From an uncultured Holophagales bacterium (GTDB lineage: Bacteria > Acidobacteriota > Thermoanaerobaculia > Multivoradales > UBA5704): a stretch of DNA of 64,000 nt. This document shows, one piece after another, positions 60,884-64,000 of this stretch. How positions within the stretch are numbered: the stretch's first letter is position 1; each line of letters begins with the position of its first letter. Where the stretch lies: contig CAWJGT010000025.1 in the NCBI GenBank assembly GCA_963842525.1, positions 384,001 through 448,000 of the forward strand, written 5' to 3'. Position numbers and translations under genes: made by a program. The notes under the pieces were generated by a model. That model did not search any database and was not told the DNA's origin. It was given only the letters and a program-made list of their open reading frames with translations.

Positions 60884-63800
60884 CTATCGCCACTCCAGGC
60901 GGAGCCCCAGCCGGAAGGTGCGGGGCGCGATGACCTCGTCGGCGAAGCCGCCGCGGCCCACGCCGAGGTCGAGCTCCCGCTGCTGCACGGTGCCTGCGCC
61001 GGAGAGGTTGAACGCTTCGAGGCTCAGCGTGATCCCGGTGTCCCCGGCGTAGAAGAGCTTGTCGAGGCGGGTGTCCAGCGTGACGAGGTCATCCCCGCGG
61101 AAGTCGTCGAACCGGTCGGCGAGCTGCACTGCGGCGATCCCCGCCCGTTCGCGGGCGACCTGGCGGTAGTACGGGAGCGGATCGCCTTCGCGGGCGCTCA
61201 AGGCGGCCGAGAGATGGAGGTCCCAGGGGAGCTGCACCAGGCCGCTCGCATGGAATGCCCAGCGGCTGGCCAGGAACCGGGGCTCCTCGTGCGGCCGGCC
61301 CGATCCTGTCTCGGCTGCCGGCATGCCTTCGTCGTCGCCGCTGCCGAGGGTGTTCGTCGGATCGTCGAACCGGCGGAAGGCGGGGCCGAGCTTCTGCTCC
61401 CCGTCCTGCCAGGTGAGGTGGCCACGAGTCATCCAGCGGTTTGCCAGGCGCCTCTCCCAATGCAGGGTGAGCCTTCGATCCTCCCGCTGCCGGTCGCCGT
61501 TGACGAGCAGGGTGCCGCCGGTCCAGGCGAGGCCGGGGCGGAGGTCGTAGAAGGGCACGTCGTAGGGCGTGCCGTCCGGCAGGACACCGGTCAACCGGCC
61601 CGCGGGGCTCCAGTCGGTGGCCGTCGCGAGGAACGTCTCGCCGGTTGCACCCTCACGGACGAGAAGGCGCTCCTCCAGGAGGTGGCGCGTCCGCCGCCAA
61701 GTCGCCCTCAGCCCGACCATGAAGGTGTTCTGGAACGCCTGCTCGATCCCGAGGATGGCCTCGTCGGTGATCTCCGGCCGCAGGTCCGGATCGACGGTGT
61801 CGGGATCGAAGCCTGGCCGTAGGGGGTCGAGGCCTTCTCCGAACAAGAGCCGCACCGGCTCGCCCGGATCAGGGAGCAGGTCGCCGTCCAGATCCGAAAA
61901 CAGCGAGTGGAGGACCGCCGGGGCGCCGGGATGGAGGTGCCAGGCGGCCCGGGACCCGATCCGGGAGGCGAACCGCCCCAGGGAGGCCCGCAGCAAGGTC
62001 TGGCGCTCGGAGCCCAGGGCGCGGGTCAATCCGAGGCGTGGGGCAAGCGTCCAGGGACGGGACCCGCCGGAGATCCCGAGGTCCTGGCGATCGAGGCGGG
62101 CTCCCAGGATCGCCGTCCACCGGTCGATGTTGAGGGTGTCCTGGGTCCAGAGGCTGGAGGTCTCGGTGTGGATGGTTGCCACGCCGCCGCGCCAGAGCTC
62201 GACCAGCGCGAGGTCTCCCGCCAGGCCGAGTGCTGCACCCGCGATTCCCAGCCGGTCCGGAGCGGCCAGGGCGCGGGTCTCGTCCTGCCCGCGCCAACTC
62301 GCGCCGAGCATGACCTCGTGAGAGGCGGAACCGGTGTTGAAGAAGGAGGAGGAATTGAGCCGAGCCTCGTCCGTCCGCTGCTCGTCGGTGATCCCGAACC
62401 AGCTTCCGCGAGCCACTCCCGCGGAATCGATCCAGGCGTCCCCTTCCTGCCGTGGGATGTCGCTCAGGCGGATCTCGCTGCCTCCCCAGGCTCCGGTCAG
62501 ATAGAAATTCGCTGTAGGGACGTAGGTGGCCTCGGCCCGCCAGAGAGTCTCGCGGCCCTCCTCTTCCCAGGTGGTCTCCGGCGCGCGGTCCGGTCCGGCA
62601 CCGGCACCGGAGCTCTCGGACTTGCCGCGGCTCCCCGTCAGGTCGGCGGAGAGGGCGGGCAGGAGTTGGGCGTTGAGCTTGAGGTTGCCGCTCTGGCGGA
62701 CGCGGTCCTCCTCCTGTCCTCCGAGAGCGATATGGCCGATCTCGCCATGGCTCGCTTCGCCCCAGATCCAGAACCGGTCCCGGAGGAGGGGTCCGCCGAC
62801 TTCCGCCTCCCCGGACTGGAGGCTCTCGAGATGGTTTCCGGGCACGCCGGCCTCGGCGCTCCGCTCTCCGGCGAGCGCTCCGCCGCTCCACTGGGCGAGA
62901 CCCGAGGCCCGCCAGAAGTTCGTTCCGCGTGGCAGGAGGGCCCGGATCTGCGCTCCCGGTGTCTCCAGGGTGACGTCGGTTCCACCGGTGGTGACTTCCA
63001 TCTCCTCGAAGGCGTCGAAATCAAAATAGCTGGGGCTGGAGCCGGTCGCCGCCATGTTGGTAAAGATCAAGCCGTCGACGGAGAAAGTGTTCTGCCCCGC
63101 GGTCGTCCCGGCCAGGACGGCAGCCGGCTGCTGGCCGCTCTCGTTGCCGCCGACGTTGATGCGGTCGGTCAGAACCCCCGGCGTGGCCTGGAGGACGGCC
63201 CAGGGATCGCGCGCTCCGGGGATCAGGGCCAGCTCGGTCTGCGATACGGTGGCGCCGGTGGAGATCCGCCGCTCGTCGAGGAGAGGGACCGCCGCCGTCA
63301 AAGTGATCATCTCCGACACTTGCGATGGATCGACGTCAGGCGGCAGCCCCCCTCCCGACCCGCGCGGCGCGTTCAGGGGCAGCGGCTGGAGTGGCGCCGC
63401 CACGCCGGCCGGCGCGGTCGGCTCCACGTCCACGGCGACGAGGCTGGTGTACGGTGTGACCAGATGGTGCCGCAGCCCGAGCTCGGTCACGGTGCGCTGC
63501 ACCTCCGCGGCATCGGCCCCCTCTTGCAGGCTGTCCATCAGGGCCTGGATCTTGCGGCCGGCCCACAGTTTGTCGAGCCCGGCGCCTTTGACCTCGGCGG
63601 CGGCCGGCAGCTCGTCCTCCCAGGAGCTGCCGGCGCGCAGGCCCGAGACCGCCACGGGCCCGCTGTCGCGCAGGCGGGCGGCGACCACCAGGGGCTCGCC
63701 CAGGTAGAGGTCGGGCACCCGTTCGGGCACGGCCTCCGCGCCCGGATCGGACCACCGGACGTCGATCTGCCGGAGCATCGGCGCCTCCAGGCGGGCGAAC

Positions 63801-64000
63801 AGGCTTGTCATCCCTTCGGTGACTTTTTCGAGGCTGGCGATGTGGGTGAAGGAGCCGCGGCCGAGGTCCGCCGCCCGCCGCAGGAAAGCGGCATTGGGGG
63901 CCGGACCGATCGCCACCGTGAACAGCCGCCGGTCCGCGAGGTGGCCGGGGAGGTAGCGCAGGATGTCCGATTCGTTGTCGACCTGGCCGTCCGTGATGAA
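60884..64000 (-). CDS. vWA (VIT-vWA type) protein fused to an Oar-like TonB-receptor domain (5' end outside window)
   Basis: FITDGQV, FTVAIG.APN..FL, PDLY.GEPL, LWA..KI, LVTPYTSLVAV, continuing in frame into ARDPWAVL..TPGV.TDRINVGG and PRTFRLGLRLEW. Confidence 0.85.
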   Translation of the reverse strand, partial: FITDGQVDNESDILRYLPGHLADRRLFTVAIGPAPNAAFLRRAADLGRGSFTHIASLEKVTEGMTSLFARLEAPMLRQIDVRWSDPGAEAVPERVPDLYLGEPLVVAARLRDSGPVAVSGLRAGSSWEDELPAAAEVKGAGLDKLWAGRKIQALMDSLQEGADAAEVQRTVTELGLRHHLVTPYTSLVAVDVEPTAPAGVAAPLQPLPLNAPRGSGGGLPPDVDPSQVSEMITLTAAVPLLDERRISTGATVSQTELALIPGARDPWAVLQATPGVLTDRINVGGNESGQQPAAVLAGTTAGQNTFSVDGLIFTNMAATGSSPSYFDFDAFEEMEVTTGGTDVTLETPGAQIRALLPRGTNFWRASGLAQWSGGALAGERSAEAGVPGNHLESLQSGEAEVGGPLLRDRFWIWGEASHGEIGHIALGGQEEDRVRQSGNLKLNAQLLPALSADLTGSRGKSESSGAGAGPDRAPETTWEEEGRETLWRAEATYVPTANFYLTGAWGGSEIRLSDIPRQEGDAWIDSAGVARGSWFGITDEQRTDEARLNSSSFFNTGSASHEVMLGASWRGQDETRALAAPDRLGIAGAALGLAGDLALVELWRGGVATIHTETSSLWTQDTLNIDRWTAILGARLDRQDLGISGGSRPWTLAPRLGLTRALGSERQTLLRASLGRFASRIGSRAAWHLHPGAPAVLHSLFSDLDGDLLPDPGEPVRLLFGEGLDPLRPGFDPDTVDPDLRPEITDEAILGIEQAFQNTFMVGLRATWRRTRHLLEERLLVREGATGETFLATATDWSPAGRLTGVLPDGTPYDVPFYDLRPGLAWTGGTLLVNGDRQREDRRLTLHWERRLANRWMTRGHLTWQDGEQKLGPAFRRFDDPTNTLGSGDDEGMPAAETGSGRPHEEPRFLASRWAFHASGLVQLPWDLHLSAALSAREGDPLPYYRQVARERAGIAAVQLADRFDDFRGDDLVTLDTRLDKLFYAGDTGITLSLEAFNLSGAGTVQQRELDLGVGRGGFADEVIAPRTFRLGLRLEWR

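Overview
GC-rich bacterial window. The gene repertoire (ECF sigma plus Ser/Thr kinase, CHAT-TPR, CRTAC1/ASPIC-UnbV, HTH-TPR regulators, Oar-like TonB receptors) suggests Acidobacteriota, probably Thermoanaerobaculia (inference). Several single-base frameshifts point to long-read errors and/or decay. 1-22.4 kb is accessory: an ECF-kinase pair; a TIR-AAA plus AAA-WD40 pair split by a 1,658-bp IS66 with an 8-bp TSD; a JmjC plus glycosyltransferase pair; a 4,072-bp IS1-family transposon with passenger genes inserted into a 21-bp-periodic palindrome array; an IS1111-type element whose non-coding end carries guides matching its own target flanks; and a cluster of HTH-TPR regulators paired with small secreted GCxxDPxG-repeat peptides, one regulator broken by an in-frame-restorable 139-bp inversion. 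22.4-50 kb is mostly metabolic and regulatory (gdhA, rlmN, symporter, hybrid kinase). 50-64 kb has a membrane-anchored TIR/SEFIR protein with two paralogous secreted partners, two tandem 12-Cys poly-Gly miniproteins, and a vWA protein fused to a TonB-receptor-like barrel. The best candidate for an undescribed system is the RRNPP-like HTH-TPR receptor/peptide cassette. All family assignments come from motif recognition by eye; no searches were run.
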